A DNA stretch of 64,000 nt from Nitrospirota bacterium (GCA_963790025.1 CAWBMP010000004.1:256001-320000), one strand, 5' to 3'. Positions 1-10,196 are shown, numbered from the stretch's first letter. Notes: generated by a model not told the origin, from the sequence alone. Translations and numbers: made by a program.

Positions 1-410
1 AAACCATCCGCCGCATAGACATCGGGGATGTTGACCGTCTTGCCGGTGATCGCCACGTAGGATGAGACATTGGAAAAATTTGGGCCATCTTCTTTTTGCA
101 AAGGCACAGGCGGCCATGTGATCGGTCCCGCGGTACCGCCCATTCTTGTTTTCAATGTGTCGTTCTGGATTATTGTAAACTCGAGGCAGTGATTTTCTTC
201 GTTCATAATGTAGAGCGTACCTGCATCCGCTCCTGAAAATAGCCGCGCATAGCTTATTATGGCCTCGAGAAGGTGTTCAAGATTTTTTTCAGCTGAAAGG
301 GCGATACCGATCTCGGAAAGTTTCCTCACAAGAGATTCATTGTCCGAATACTTCACTCCCGGTCCTTCCCTGTTTGAGGTAGTGTCAATTTCTTTTTTAT
401 GAATTCCCAT
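1..410 (-). CDS. GAF-domain protein, probably GAF + HD-GYP phosphodiesterase (partial, runs off window)
   Basis: Manual translation from ATG at 410 (GGGGAGGA RBS upstream): MGIHKKEIDT...LSEIGIALSAEKNLEHLLEAIISYARLFSGADAGTLYIM...NVSSYVAITGKTVNIPDVY. This resembles the GAF N-terminus of GAF/HD-GYP proteins. The HD domain is not visible in the window. Confidence 0.7.
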   Translation of the reverse strand, partial: MGIHKKEIDTTSNREGPGVKYSDNESLVRKLSEIGIALSAEKNLEHLLEAIISYARLFSGADAGTLYIMNEENHCLEFTIIQNDTLKTRMGGTAGPITWPPVPLQKEDGPNFSNVSSYVAITGKTVNIPDVYAADG

Positions 411-630
411 AATCCTCCCCCGATGCGGTTATTTTACGAGGATACCGGAAAAATGTCCAGCGTCTGATGGCGAAGCATTTTGCCGGCTATGTAATATTAA
501 AATTCTTCCCCGCTCGGCAAGAATGCCCGTCCATAAGACTGGTGTGCCTGACAATATTCTTCTCAAAATAACAGGGAATTGTGGTAAAATCCGCGCATAT
601 AATAAGATTTTTCCCGGGGGAAGGAGTTTT

Positions 631-2727
631 ATGGGGATTTATAAGCGAGCGCTGCCCATTGGAATCTGCATTGCTGCAACGTTATTTTTTTCGTTGCATG
701 CCGCCCGTCTCGTTAATGTCGATTTCATGGACCGGCTGGAAGCTTTGAGTTACGACCTCCGGCTCAATCTTACCCTGCCCCATTCACATAATTCCAAAAT
801 CGTCATAGTCGACATAGATGAAAAAAGCCTTTCCGAAGAAGGGCGCTGGCCCTGGAGCCGCAACAAATTGGCATTGCTGGTGGCCAATTTGTTGCGCCAT
901 AATGCGGCAGTCATCGGCTTAGACGTTGTTTTTGCGGAAAAGGATGAAAGTTCAGGGTTAAAAACATTGGAGCAGTTGGGCAAAAAAGAACTGCACGGTG
1001 ACGAGGCGTTCCAGAACAACTTGAGGAGAATCAGGGACCGGATGGACTATGATAATGTTTTTGCCCGCCTGATTAAGGGCAAGCCCGTAGTGCTTGGCTA
1101 CTATTTCACGCATTACGCGGATAAAAGCAGGGAGCGTGTCAGCGGGCAATTGCCTCCAACGGTTTTCCCTTCCGGGGCATTTGAGGGGATGAACATCCCT
1201 TTTGTGAAAATGACCGGATACGGAGCAAACCTGCCAAAACTGCAGGACAATGCGATGAGCGCCGGACATTTCAATCAATTGCCCGATGCCGATGGCGTTG
1301 TAAGGCGCATCCCGATGATTATCGAATACAACGGCTCTTATTACGAATCCCTCTCGCTGGCTGTTGTTCGCGCCCTCTTCGGCAGTCCTTCTCTAAAGCC
1401 GGGGCTCGTTTCTTCGGGTGGGGGCGGTTCCGCTTATAAGAGGATTGAATGGCTGCAAACGAGTGATCTCAGGATCCCGGTGGATGAGCGTATTACTTCT
1501 TTGATTCCATATGCCGGAGGACAGGGAAGTTTCCCGTATATATCCGCCGCGGACGTTTTGCGTGACAGCATAAAAACAGATGTCCTTGAAGGGGCCATAG
1601 TTTTGGTCGGCACCACCTCCCCGGGATTAATGGACCTGCGCTCCACTCCGGTGCAGGCCGTTTATCCTGGTGTGGAGGTGCAAGCCAACATGATCGCAGG
1701 AATCCTCGATCAAAATATCAGGAAGAAGCCTGCCTATACTATGGGAGCAGAGCTATTGGCGCTGCTGTCGACAGGCTTGTTGCTCTCTTTCTTGTTGCCC
1801 TATCTCAGTCCGTTAAAAGCGACCCTGGTCGGCTTTCTCGCGGCGGCGTGTGTAATAGCGATAAACATGTGGGCATGGAAGAACAACCTGGTGTTGCCGC
1901 TTGCGTCCTCGGTTATCAATATATCGTTTATCTTTATTCTTAATATGTCGTATGGCTTTTTTATCGAGACCGGAGCAAAGCGCAGGATCAAGGCGATGTT
2001 CTCAAGCTATGTTACCGAACGGATAGTTAACGAGCTGATCAAAAATCCTGATATGGCGAAACTGGGGGGAGAGCGAAGGGAAATAACGATTCTGTTCTCC
2101 GATGTAAAAGGGTTTACCAGTTTTTCTGAAAAGCATACGCCTGAGGAAGTCGTTTCCATACTGAATGAATACCTGGGAGCCATGACAGGCGTCGTGTTCA
2201 AATGGGAGGGCACGCTCGACAAGTTTATCGGAGACGCTATCCTCGTATTCTGGAGCGCGCCGATGCACCAGGAAAACCATGCTGAACTGGCGGTGAAATG
2301 CGCTCTCGACATGGTCGGGACGCTGGGACAGCTCAGGCAAAAATGGCTTTCCGAAGGGAAAGCGTCCCTTGATTGCGGAATTGGCATCAATACAGGAGAG
2401 GTCATTGTCGGCAATATAGGAGCCGAAGGGAAGAAAATGGATTACACTATTATCGGCGACCACGTAAACCTGAGTTCACGTGTCGAATCCCTCACCAGGA
2501 AATATAACGTGGATATCCTGATCACAGAATTCACCCTTCAGAAAATCAGGGAAAAAATAGAAAGCAAGTCCCTCGCCCATGTATCGGTAAAGGGCATTGA
2601 AAAGGTTGTAGTAAAAGGGAAAGAAAAACCTGTGGAGATTTACGAGCTGACCTCGCTCGAAGGTGGGAAAGACTCGGTCATTACCAGTCCCGTCGAAAAA
2701 ACGGTCGTTGTGCTGAAAGATAAATAG
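631..2727 (+). CDS. CHASE2-domain class III adenylate cyclase
   Basis: IVIVDIDEKSL..GRWPWSR and GVEVQAN CHASE2 motifs, three TM helices, cyclase motifs LFSDVKGFT, LDKFIGDA and DYTIIGDHVNLSSRVES (K/T pair typical of ATP specificity). Start placed at ATG 631 after AAGGAG; the ORF track starts at 523. Confidence 0.92.
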   Translation: MGIYKRALPIGICIAATLFFSLHAARLVNVDFMDRLEALSYDLRLNLTLPHSHNSKIVIVDIDEKSLSEEGRWPWSRNKLALLVANLLRHNAAVIGLDVVFAEKDESSGLKTLEQLGKKELHGDEAFQNNLRRIRDRMDYDNVFARLIKGKPVVLGYYFTHYADKSRERVSGQLPPTVFPSGAFEGMNIPFVKMTGYGANLPKLQDNAMSAGHFNQLPDADGVVRRIPMIIEYNGSYYESLSLAVVRALFGSPSLKPGLVSSGGGGSAYKRIEWLQTSDLRIPVDERITSLIPYAGGQGSFPYISAADVLRDSIKTDVLEGAIVLVGTTSPGLMDLRSTPVQAVYPGVEVQANMIAGILDQNIRKKPAYTMGAELLALLSTGLLLSFLLPYLSPLKATLVGFLAAACVIAINMWAWKNNLVLPLASSVINISFIFILNMSYGFFIETGAKRRIKAMFSSYVTERIVNELIKNPDMAKLGGERREITILFSDVKGFTSFSEKHTPEEVVSILNEYLGAMTGVVFKWEGTLDKFIGDAILVFWSAPMHQENHAELAVKCALDMVGTLGQLRQKWLSEGKASLDCGIGINTGEVIVGNIGAEGKKMDYTIIGDHVNLSSRVESLTRKYNVDILITEFTLQKIREKIESKSLAHVSVKGIEKVVVKGKEKPVEIYELTSLEGGKDSVITSPVEKTVVVLKDK

Positions 2728-2739
2728 CCGGAAATTGAG

Positions 2740-5535
2740 TCACCAGGCAATAAAAAGCAGGACATATAACGATGCCAGAAACAATGCGGGACAACGCTGC
2801 AAAATGCTTATTTTTACCGGGCCGGACACCGGGGCATTCTTCCGAATAAGCCTTTTCAGTACAGCAAAAGAACCTATCAGCCCTGCCAAAACGAAGCTTA
2901 ACTGGAAGAATCTTGTCAACTGGGAAGATACTATCGGTCCTGACAGACCGGAAGAGAAACCTGTCTGGTGACCAAGTACATTAATAAACTGGGGGCCCAG
3001 GCTGAGCATCCTATGCAGATGAAAGCCCGTCTCAAAAGCGACAGCGAGAGGCAGCAGGGCGTAGACAAGAAGATGCGCCTGTGATTCTCCGCTTTCAGGT
3101 TTTACAGGAATGATCTTTTTACCGGCGGCTTCGATCAAAAACCAAAGCAGCACGCATTCGAATGCAAGAAAGAGAAAAGAGAAAAACCACCATTGCGACC
3201 TCGGGATTTCAATAACCGAGAAAGCCCCTGCATGTTCAAGACCGCGAAAGATCTGAGTGCTTATCAGCACAAGGCCAAGCACAACAGTGCTTCTGTCCGT
3301 TTTACCGATTGTCCAGAGTTCCTGGCCGGGAGGCCGCAGGTTCAACACCGGTGAATTGTTAGGACAGATTTTAAAACAATTGCCGCAAAGCACGCAATTC
3401 TGATTGGATCGAAGAGAGAAAGGCGCCTCGAATACAGGACATCCCTGCTTTGTCTGTCCGCCGGCATAACAATCGAGTTTTGTACAGCTGTTTGTACAGA
3501 TATGATAATTGGAGCGGAGTTCCACAACTGAGCAGGAAGACAGGACTCCGACCATCCCTCCCAGCGGACAAAGATAGCGGCACCACGCCCGCCTCTGGAA
3601 CAGCAGGCCGGTCAAAACAGCGAGCAGTATGATTACAGATAAAAATATAGAGGTTGCAATCGGCGAAGATATCATGCCCGAGGCTGACTCTGACCAGAAG
3701 ATCAATGCAAGGCCGCCAGAGCTGAAATAATAACCATGCTTACGAATGAAAAGCGGGACCCGCTTTTTCAAGCCTGTTAACTTCGAGAGCAGGCCGCTGA
3801 GAGCTCCTACCGGACAGACAGCGCACCATATCCTTGCGGCAAACAAACTGCTCACTACCACGAGCGGCTCCCAGAATCCCCAAACAAGGATCAAAATAAT
3901 GTTTTTCGTGGAAGACTGGCTGCCGAGAAAGCCCAGCGCAATAATCAAAGCGATAAAGGGGGCAATAGATAATTGTACAGCCGTTGGGAATGCCTTGCTC
4001 TTCAGCATCCCGCCGACTTCGGAGACCTGCATCAGGTTAAAGGATAGCTGTCCCGTTACAGGAGGGGGGCCGATAAAAATATGCTCAACCGCCAGGGTGC
4101 TGTCTTTTGCAATACTGACCGCCCTCCTGATTACGACATTCAGCTCCTCCATATTGCCTGGCCAATCATAGGCCATGATCGCCTGATATGCCTCTTCATC
4201 GATTTCCCTGATTATCTTGCCTGATAGTCCGGCATTGAGGTCCAGAAGACCACGTATGATATCCTTCATGTCTTTTTTTCTCTTTCTGAGAGGAGGGACC
4301 TCGAGTATACGGCCGGAGAGAATATCATAGAGCCCCTCATCAAAGACGCCTGTATTCACCGCATCCGCAAGATCGATATGCGAGGTCGCGATAATACGGG
4401 CGTTGGACGAATAGCTGGAAGTTTCCCCGAGGGGGTGAAACCGGCCGGTTTCAACAAATATTCTTATCGCTGCTTGTGCCCCCGGTGAAAGATAATCTAT
4501 GTTCTCAATAATCACAGTGCCGTCTTCTACAAGCTGAAGCAAGCCAAGGCGCTTCCCCGTAGAAAATGGAAAAAAGCCTTCTGCCCTTCCAAACAGGACC
4601 GTAAGCTGTGCCAGTTCAAGCCGGCTGCTCTCTCCGCCGGCATCTGAAATCAATTCTTCAGATGCCCGGACAGTCTTGGCATCCATGCTGAGAAGCGGTT
4701 TCCCTGAGCCTTTGCCCATGTTATGCAAGAGTCTTGCTGCATCCCATAGCTCCGTCCCCGGCTCACCCGTGATCAGGGCCGGCTGCTTGCTTCCCGCAGC
4801 AGACTTAATCCCGGCTACCAGCTTCCTTATGAGCGGACTGTTCCCGGCAATCTTTCGTTCGTCCCTTGCCATCTGCTCTGTAATGAACCGCCTGTATGCC
4901 TTCTCGTCAGAGTAGGTTTCGACGGCCTTCGTATTACCGAGGGATATACGTTCTGAAAGCACACGTATAAATGCCCGTGAAGCAGCGGGACAGGATACAA
5001 GCAACTCATTAAAGAGTTCTCTGTGAATGGCTATAAGTGACGTTCTTTCAATTGTCATGACTGAGGCTGATCTGGGTTCACCGGTCAGAAGGGCCATTTC
5101 ACCAAACCCTTCAGCCGTGCCAAGGGTTGCAAGAGGCACGACCGCGTCAGAACCTGATTTTGTGCTCACAAGAACTTTGCCTGAAACAACAATGTAATAG
5201 TTATCGGCCTCGTCAAACTGCTCAAATATAGCTGTGTTTTCAGGGTAGATCAGATGCCGCGAGTTGAAAGCTATCCATGCAATGGTTTCTGGAGGCATCG
5301 ATTCAAAGAGTTCCATAGCTGCAAGCAGGGCCTCTCTCTGTTTCTGCAGGCAGGCTGCAAGGTCGTCTTCCCCTATCCATCCCTGCTCCAGGCATATTTC
5401 GCCAACTGTCTTGTGTATCCCCTGGGTTATCAAGTCGGACTGGATTTCAAGCGCCTTCTTCAGGCTTTCATGGCGGCCACTCAGTTTTTCGACAAGATAA
5501 TAGCCGATATTTTTTACAGGTCTATTTCTTTCCAT
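2740..5535 (-). CDS. cNMP-binding + sigma54-type AAA+ (degenerate) + NapH/NosR-like 4Fe-4S membrane domain fusion protein
   Basis: FGEMALLTGEPRSASV (cNMP), YDWPGNMEEL (bEBP-type AAA+), WCAVCPVG and WCRYLCPLG (CxxxCP), CVLCGNCFKICP ferredoxin motif, many TM helices. Start uncertain; the ORF track starts at 5694. Confidence 0.8.
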   Translation of the reverse strand: MERNRPVKNIGYYLVEKLSGRHESLKKALEIQSDLITQGIHKTVGEICLEQGWIGEDDLAACLQKQREALLAAMELFESMPPETIAWIAFNSRHLIYPENTAIFEQFDEADNYYIVVSGKVLVSTKSGSDAVVPLATLGTAEGFGEMALLTGEPRSASVMTIERTSLIAIHRELFNELLVSCPAASRAFIRVLSERISLGNTKAVETYSDEKAYRRFITEQMARDERKIAGNSPLIRKLVAGIKSAAGSKQPALITGEPGTELWDAARLLHNMGKGSGKPLLSMDAKTVRASEELISDAGGESSRLELAQLTVLFGRAEGFFPFSTGKRLGLLQLVEDGTVIIENIDYLSPGAQAAIRIFVETGRFHPLGETSSYSSNARIIATSHIDLADAVNTGVFDEGLYDILSGRILEVPPLRKRKKDMKDIIRGLLDLNAGLSGKIIREIDEEAYQAIMAYDWPGNMEELNVVIRRAVSIAKDSTLAVEHIFIGPPPVTGQLSFNLMQVSEVGGMLKSKAFPTAVQLSIAPFIALIIALGFLGSQSSTKNIILILVWGFWEPLVVVSSLFAARIWCAVCPVGALSGLLSKLTGLKKRVPLFIRKHGYYFSSGGLALIFWSESASGMISSPIATSIFLSVIILLAVLTGLLFQRRAWCRYLCPLGGMVGVLSSCSVVELRSNYHICTNSCTKLDCYAGGQTKQGCPVFEAPFSLRSNQNCVLCGNCFKICPNNSPVLNLRPPGQELWTIGKTDRSTVVLGLVLISTQIFRGLEHAGAFSVIEIPRSQWWFFSFLFLAFECVLLWFLIEAAGKKIIPVKPESGESQAHLLVYALLPLAVAFETGFHLHRMLSLGPQFINVLGHQTGFSSGLSGPIVSSQLTRFFQLSFVLAGLIGSFAVLKRLIRKNAPVSGPVKISILQRCPALFLASLYVLLFIAW

Positions 5536-5806
5536 ATTGATTTCCTGTTTATAATGAAAAAACTTCGACCCTGACAGCCCAAATCTTGCCATAACGACCC
5601 AGTGGTTTGCAACATTATAACGCATTACCCGATTTAAATAAAAAGGCCGGACGGGGTCCGGCTTGTCTATGGAGCAAGTTGGTAAATTTGACAATGCGAT
5701 AATTTTGGTATGACCTGGTATGACATAGGAAAGTTATTAGGTGTATTAAATGGTTGTATTTTTTATTTTAATTTGCTATTTTATATTGTTCTTAAAGGGG
5801 CAAAAA

Positions 5807-7654
5807 ATGGCGCTCGATTTAGGGTTTTATTCAGGTAAATTATGTACCGCACAGGAAGCAGTTGCCACGATAAAGCCGGGCAGTCAGATATTTGTGGGGA
5901 CTGCATGCGCTACACCCCGCGCGCTTCTCAGTGCACTGGAATCCCTTGAAAATGCTCCTGACGATGTTACTATTTTTTCTTTCCTGACAAATGGAGCTGT
6001 CCCCATTGAGAATGGCCGGCCCTTATCCAAATACAAGCATAAATGTTTTTTTGTCGGGAGCGATCACAGGGAGGCAATTCAGGAGGGATTCGCCGAGTAC
6101 ATACCCATCTCGCTTGCACAAGTGCCCTCATTGATCGAAAACGGTCGTTTTCGTATAGATACAGCTTTTATTCAGGTCTCGGCTCCGGACCGTAATGGTT
6201 ATGTAAGCTTGGGCGTATCTGTGGACATAACTCTTTCAGCCGTCCGGAACGCGAAGCGCGTTATCGCTGAAGTGAACCCCGGCATGCCCTTCACGTTCGG
6301 CGATTCGATGATTCACCTCGACCAAATTGAACGTCTTGTAGTTCAGGACGCTCCCATGATTGAATATGTCCATCCGCCTATCAATGCAGTTGCTCGGCAA
6401 GTGGCATCCTATATAGCCGGCATTATAGAGGATGAATCTACGCTGCAAATCGGACTTGGCAGAATACCCAACGAAGCGCTTCGTTATCTCACAAAGCGTC
6501 GCGATCTCGGTATCCATTCGGACGTGATTACTCATGTTCTGTCTGATCTCATCGAACAGGGTATTGTTACCGGGCGTAAAAAAACACTTCATCGTGACAA
6601 GGTTGTCACAAGCTATTGCCTGGGAACAAAGCAGTTCTATGACCTCATACATATGAACCCGATGTTCGAGTTCCGCCCCATAGAGTATGTTTGCGATCCG
6701 CTTATAATTGCCCGCAACCGTCGCATGGTATCGGTCACCCAGGCATTTGCAATTGACCTTACCGGCCAGATATGTACTGATCAGTTGGGAGGGAGGTTTT
6801 ATGGCGGAGTCTCGACGCAGCCTGATTTTCTCCGTGGGGCAGCCAGGTCAAAGGGAGGCAAACCGATTGTCTGTATGTGCTCCACTGACGATAGCGGCGC
6901 GTCCAACATTCGCCCGCAGTTGTTTCCGGAAGAAGGAGCAGGTGTCTCCAGGTCCGATATCCATTATGTGATTACCGAATACGGCGTAACGTATCTTTTC
7001 GGCAAGTCCGTCCGGGAACGGGCACTGTCACTCATCGAAATTGCACATCCCGATCATCGTCCCATGTTACTGGAAGAAGCCAAACGCCTCGGATACATAC
7101 CTGTTTCTCAGACCCTCAAATCGCACTACGCGTACGAAATAGAGGTTGAACGCACTGTAACGCTTAAAAATGGCAAAGAAGTTCTGATCCGTCCGGCACG
7201 TGCAAGCGACAGCAGCAACATCACAAAGTTATTCCATGCGCTTACTGAAGATGACATTTACACCCGTTTTTTCAGCAGACTTAAGACCCTTTCATTCATG
7301 CAGACACAGCAGCTTTGCAATGTCAATTTTGAGGACGAGGCGGCTTTTATTGCAGCTTTTGGAGAGCGTGAGAACGAAGAGATTGCAGGAAGTTCCTGCT
7401 ACTTCCTGAATCCTTCGACAAACATTGCCGAAGTGGGATACATGGTTGCCAGGGAATGGCAGGGCAGCGGGCTGGGGACTGCTCTGCAAAATCATATGAG
7501 GGATTACGCTATTAAAAAGGGCATCCGGGGTTTTAAGGCTGAAGTCCTGAGCTCAAACACCAGGATGATAGCGCTGGCCCAGCGCGTCGGTGAAAATGTT
7601 AAGATAACTCGTGCTTACGATACCCATGAGATCACCGTCTATTTCGACAAGTGA
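5807..7654 (+). CDS. Acetyl-CoA hydrolase/transferase family protein fused to C-terminal GNAT acetyltransferase
   Basis: LQIGLGRIP, GIHSDV, DFLRGAARSKGGKPI, VITEYG motifs; C-terminal VLIRPA...AEVGYMVAREWQGSGLGT GNAT motif A. Confidence 0.88.
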   Translation: MALDLGFYSGKLCTAQEAVATIKPGSQIFVGTACATPRALLSALESLENAPDDVTIFSFLTNGAVPIENGRPLSKYKHKCFFVGSDHREAIQEGFAEYIPISLAQVPSLIENGRFRIDTAFIQVSAPDRNGYVSLGVSVDITLSAVRNAKRVIAEVNPGMPFTFGDSMIHLDQIERLVVQDAPMIEYVHPPINAVARQVASYIAGIIEDESTLQIGLGRIPNEALRYLTKRRDLGIHSDVITHVLSDLIEQGIVTGRKKTLHRDKVVTSYCLGTKQFYDLIHMNPMFEFRPIEYVCDPLIIARNRRMVSVTQAFAIDLTGQICTDQLGGRFYGGVSTQPDFLRGAARSKGGKPIVCMCSTDDSGASNIRPQLFPEEGAGVSRSDIHYVITEYGVTYLFGKSVRERALSLIEIAHPDHRPMLLEEAKRLGYIPVSQTLKSHYAYEIEVERTVTLKNGKEVLIRPARASDSSNITKLFHALTEDDIYTRFFSRLKTLSFMQTQQLCNVNFEDEAAFIAAFGERENEEIAGSSCYFLNPSTNIAEVGYMVAREWQGSGLGTALQNHMRDYAIKKGIRGFKAEVLSSNTRMIALAQRVGENVKITRAYDTHEITVYFDK

Positions 7655-7658
7655 ATAA

Positions 7659-9248
7659 ATGCTGACCCGGGCCGTAGTGATCTTATCTATCCTGTTGACC
7701 GCTTTCAGTTCCTTTGCCGCTGACGATAACAAATATGCAATCCCACACTTTGAGATCAGGGAATACATTGTCGAAGGCAGCACTCTTATTTCCAAAGACA
7801 AACTTAAGGCCATCCTTCAGCCGTTTACCGGCAAAGACAAGGATTTTGGGACTGTGCAGCAAGCCATTGAAGCGGTTGAACAGGCTTACCATGACCTCGG
7901 CTTTACGACAGTGACGGCAGTATTGCCTGAACAGGAACTGGAAAACGGCACAGTCCGGATCAGAGTAATCGAAGGCCGCATAGGGCGCATCAAAATAGAA
8001 GGGAACAAGTACTTCGATGAGGCCAATATTCGGAACAGCCTGCAGCCGCTGCTTGAGGGTGAACCACCGAACATCGCTGCCGTATCCAAAAGACTGGCCC
8101 TTGCCAACGAAAACCCCGCGAAGAAGGTCGCTATGCAGTTGAAGAACACTGATAAAGAAGACGAACTTGACGCGATAATTCCCGTGAAAGACGAAAGGCC
8201 CTGGAAAGTGGGCATCTCGTCGGACAACACAGGAACCAGGCAAACCGGCGAGACGCGAAGCGGAGTTATCTTCCAGCATGCCAACTTGTTCAATATGGAC
8301 CATGTCATGACTCTGCAATATACCACGTCCCTTGAGAAGGTCAGCGATGTCAAGATATATGGCCTGGGGTACCATGTGCCTATCTATTCGCTGGCTTCAT
8401 CCGTTGACCTGCTAGCGGCTTATTCAGATGTAAATTCAGGCACCATATCAGTCGGATCACTGCCGCTACAGGTGAGCGGAAAGGGTACAGTCCTCGGACT
8501 GCATTATAATCAGAACCTTGCAAGGATAGGGAGCTACGAACACAAGCTTACACTAGGCCTGGACTACCGGGCGTATGAAAGCAATGTAAGCTCAGAGGGG
8601 TTTCCGCTCGGCAACAAGGTAACTGTCCATCCTCTGAGCCTGACATACAGCGGAACATTCACAATGGAAAAGGGCACTTTGGGTTTTTATCTGACCGGCA
8701 TGCGGAATCTGCCCGGCCAATGGGATGCTAATGACGACAAGGCGAGCTTTGGTGCGGCGCGCAACGAAGCTCCGAGAGAGTATATGATGGGCCGCTTTGG
8801 GGCGAATCTGTCGTATATGCCATATGGCGACTGGCAGGCGCGGCTGGTTGGCAACGCACAATATACAGAGGACCCGCTTGTTCCGGGAGAGCAGTTTGGG
8901 ATCGGGGGGGCAACATCTGTCAGAGGTTTTCCTGACAGGGACATCAGCAATGACAAGGGATTTTCAGGGAGCCTGGAGATATATAGCCCGGACCTCTGCA
9001 AGATTGCCGGGTCCGAAAGTTTTCAGTGCCGTTCACTGGCATTCTATGACATGGGATACGCTTCCCGCAATAATCCGCTGCCCGGGGAAGTACACAGCAA
9101 CACAATTGCGAGTGTCGGGCCCGGCATACGGATAACCGATGGCAAGCACCTGACGTTATCGACCGATTATGGTTTTGTGGTAAAAGGCGGAGGCGACAGG
9201 ACGAACGGAGGGGGACGGTGGCATTTTGCAGCGACTCTAATGTATTAA
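7659..9248 (+). CDS. TpsB (ShlB/FhaC/HecB family) two-partner secretion outer membrane transporter
   Basis: Signal peptide, POTRA (AYHDLGF..LPEQELENGTVRIRVIEG), DNTG, GGATSVRGF (VRGY-like L6 motif), terminal aromatic residue. Confidence 0.92.
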   Translation: MLTRAVVILSILLTAFSSFAADDNKYAIPHFEIREYIVEGSTLISKDKLKAILQPFTGKDKDFGTVQQAIEAVEQAYHDLGFTTVTAVLPEQELENGTVRIRVIEGRIGRIKIEGNKYFDEANIRNSLQPLLEGEPPNIAAVSKRLALANENPAKKVAMQLKNTDKEDELDAIIPVKDERPWKVGISSDNTGTRQTGETRSGVIFQHANLFNMDHVMTLQYTTSLEKVSDVKIYGLGYHVPIYSLASSVDLLAAYSDVNSGTISVGSLPLQVSGKGTVLGLHYNQNLARIGSYEHKLTLGLDYRAYESNVSSEGFPLGNKVTVHPLSLTYSGTFTMEKGTLGFYLTGMRNLPGQWDANDDKASFGAARNEAPREYMMGRFGANLSYMPYGDWQARLVGNAQYTEDPLVPGEQFGIGGATSVRGFPDRDISNDKGFSGSLEIYSPDLCKIAGSESFQCRSLAFYDMGYASRNNPLPGEVHSNTIASVGPGIRITDGKHLTLSTDYGFVVKGGGDRTNGGGRWHFAATLMY

Positions 9249-9329
9249 TGCGTTATATTGAACCGCATAACAGGCCAGACACCATCACAGGCCTTTTTTG
9301 CGAGTAATCATTTCAGGAGGAATTGTGGG

Positions 9330-10196
9330 ATGAGGCAGGACGCAGGCAATGAACGGGTAGAGCGGCTGTCGGTCCGTGTAAGTCACGAGGAATTTGAAAT
9401 GATCAGGGATAATGCTGCATTATACGGCCTGCCCGTAGCAACGTTTATAAGAGCAGCAGGTATAGGAGAGCTGCCGAAGAAGAAAAAATCGGAATGCGGA
9501 ATAAATCGTCCCGTCAAGAGTACTGTGGAGCTTCTCAGGAATTTCAGCCTTTTCGCCGGCCTTGACGAGGAAGAACTTCTGAAGACTCTGCACTGTATCA
9601 CAGTAGAAAAATTCAAGAAGAACGATATTATTCTCGTAGAGGGGGACTCGAATCGTTTCATGTACTATATCCTCACTGGCAGAGTAAAAGTTTTACAGGT
9701 CAGCGAAGAGGGAAAGGAACTCATTCTTGCTATGCATAGTGCCGGTGATTTTTTCGGAGAGATGTCCCTGATCGACGGCAGTACGGCATGCGCCACAGTG
9801 GCTGCAGCTGATCATTGCACAATTGCACTCATCTCGAAAGCAAATTTCTTTTCCTTGATTTATACTCAAAAAAAGATCCTACGCAATGTTCTCCAGACCT
9901 TCTGTCGCCGGATACGCGCCTCGAACAGGACAGTAGCAATGATGACCCAAATGAGCGCGGCCCATCGTGTACGAATGCTTTTGCTCATGCTTTCCGAAAA
10001 GCACGGGAAAATGCTGGACGACACTGTTGTGCTGTCGATCCTTGTAACCCATCAGGATATCGCCGATATGACGAGCCTTACACGCCAGACAGTAACAAAG
10101 ATCATGAACGAACTGAAAGAGGAAGGCGTAATTACAGTGCAGGAAAACAAGCAAATAAGGCTGAATAAATCTTTCTTCATCGTGGGCGCCGGTTAA
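9330..10196 (+). CDS. CRP/FNR family regulator with N-terminal ribbon-helix-helix (MobC-like) segment
   Basis: AGGAGG RBS before ATG 9330; GDFFGEMSLID cNMP domain; THQDIADMTSLTRQTVTK HTH; N-terminal RLSVRVSHEEFEMIRDNAALYGLPVATFIR has an RHH pattern. Confidence 0.85.
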   Translation: MRQDAGNERVERLSVRVSHEEFEMIRDNAALYGLPVATFIRAAGIGELPKKKKSECGINRPVKSTVELLRNFSLFAGLDEEELLKTLHCITVEKFKKNDIILVEGDSNRFMYYILTGRVKVLQVSEEGKELILAMHSAGDFFGEMSLIDGSTACATVAAADHCTIALISKANFFSLIYTQKKILRNVLQTFCRRIRASNRTVAMMTQMSAAHRVRMLLLMLSEKHGKMLDDTVVLSILVTHQDIADMTSLTRQTVTKIMNELKEEGVITVQENKQIRLNKSFFIVGAG

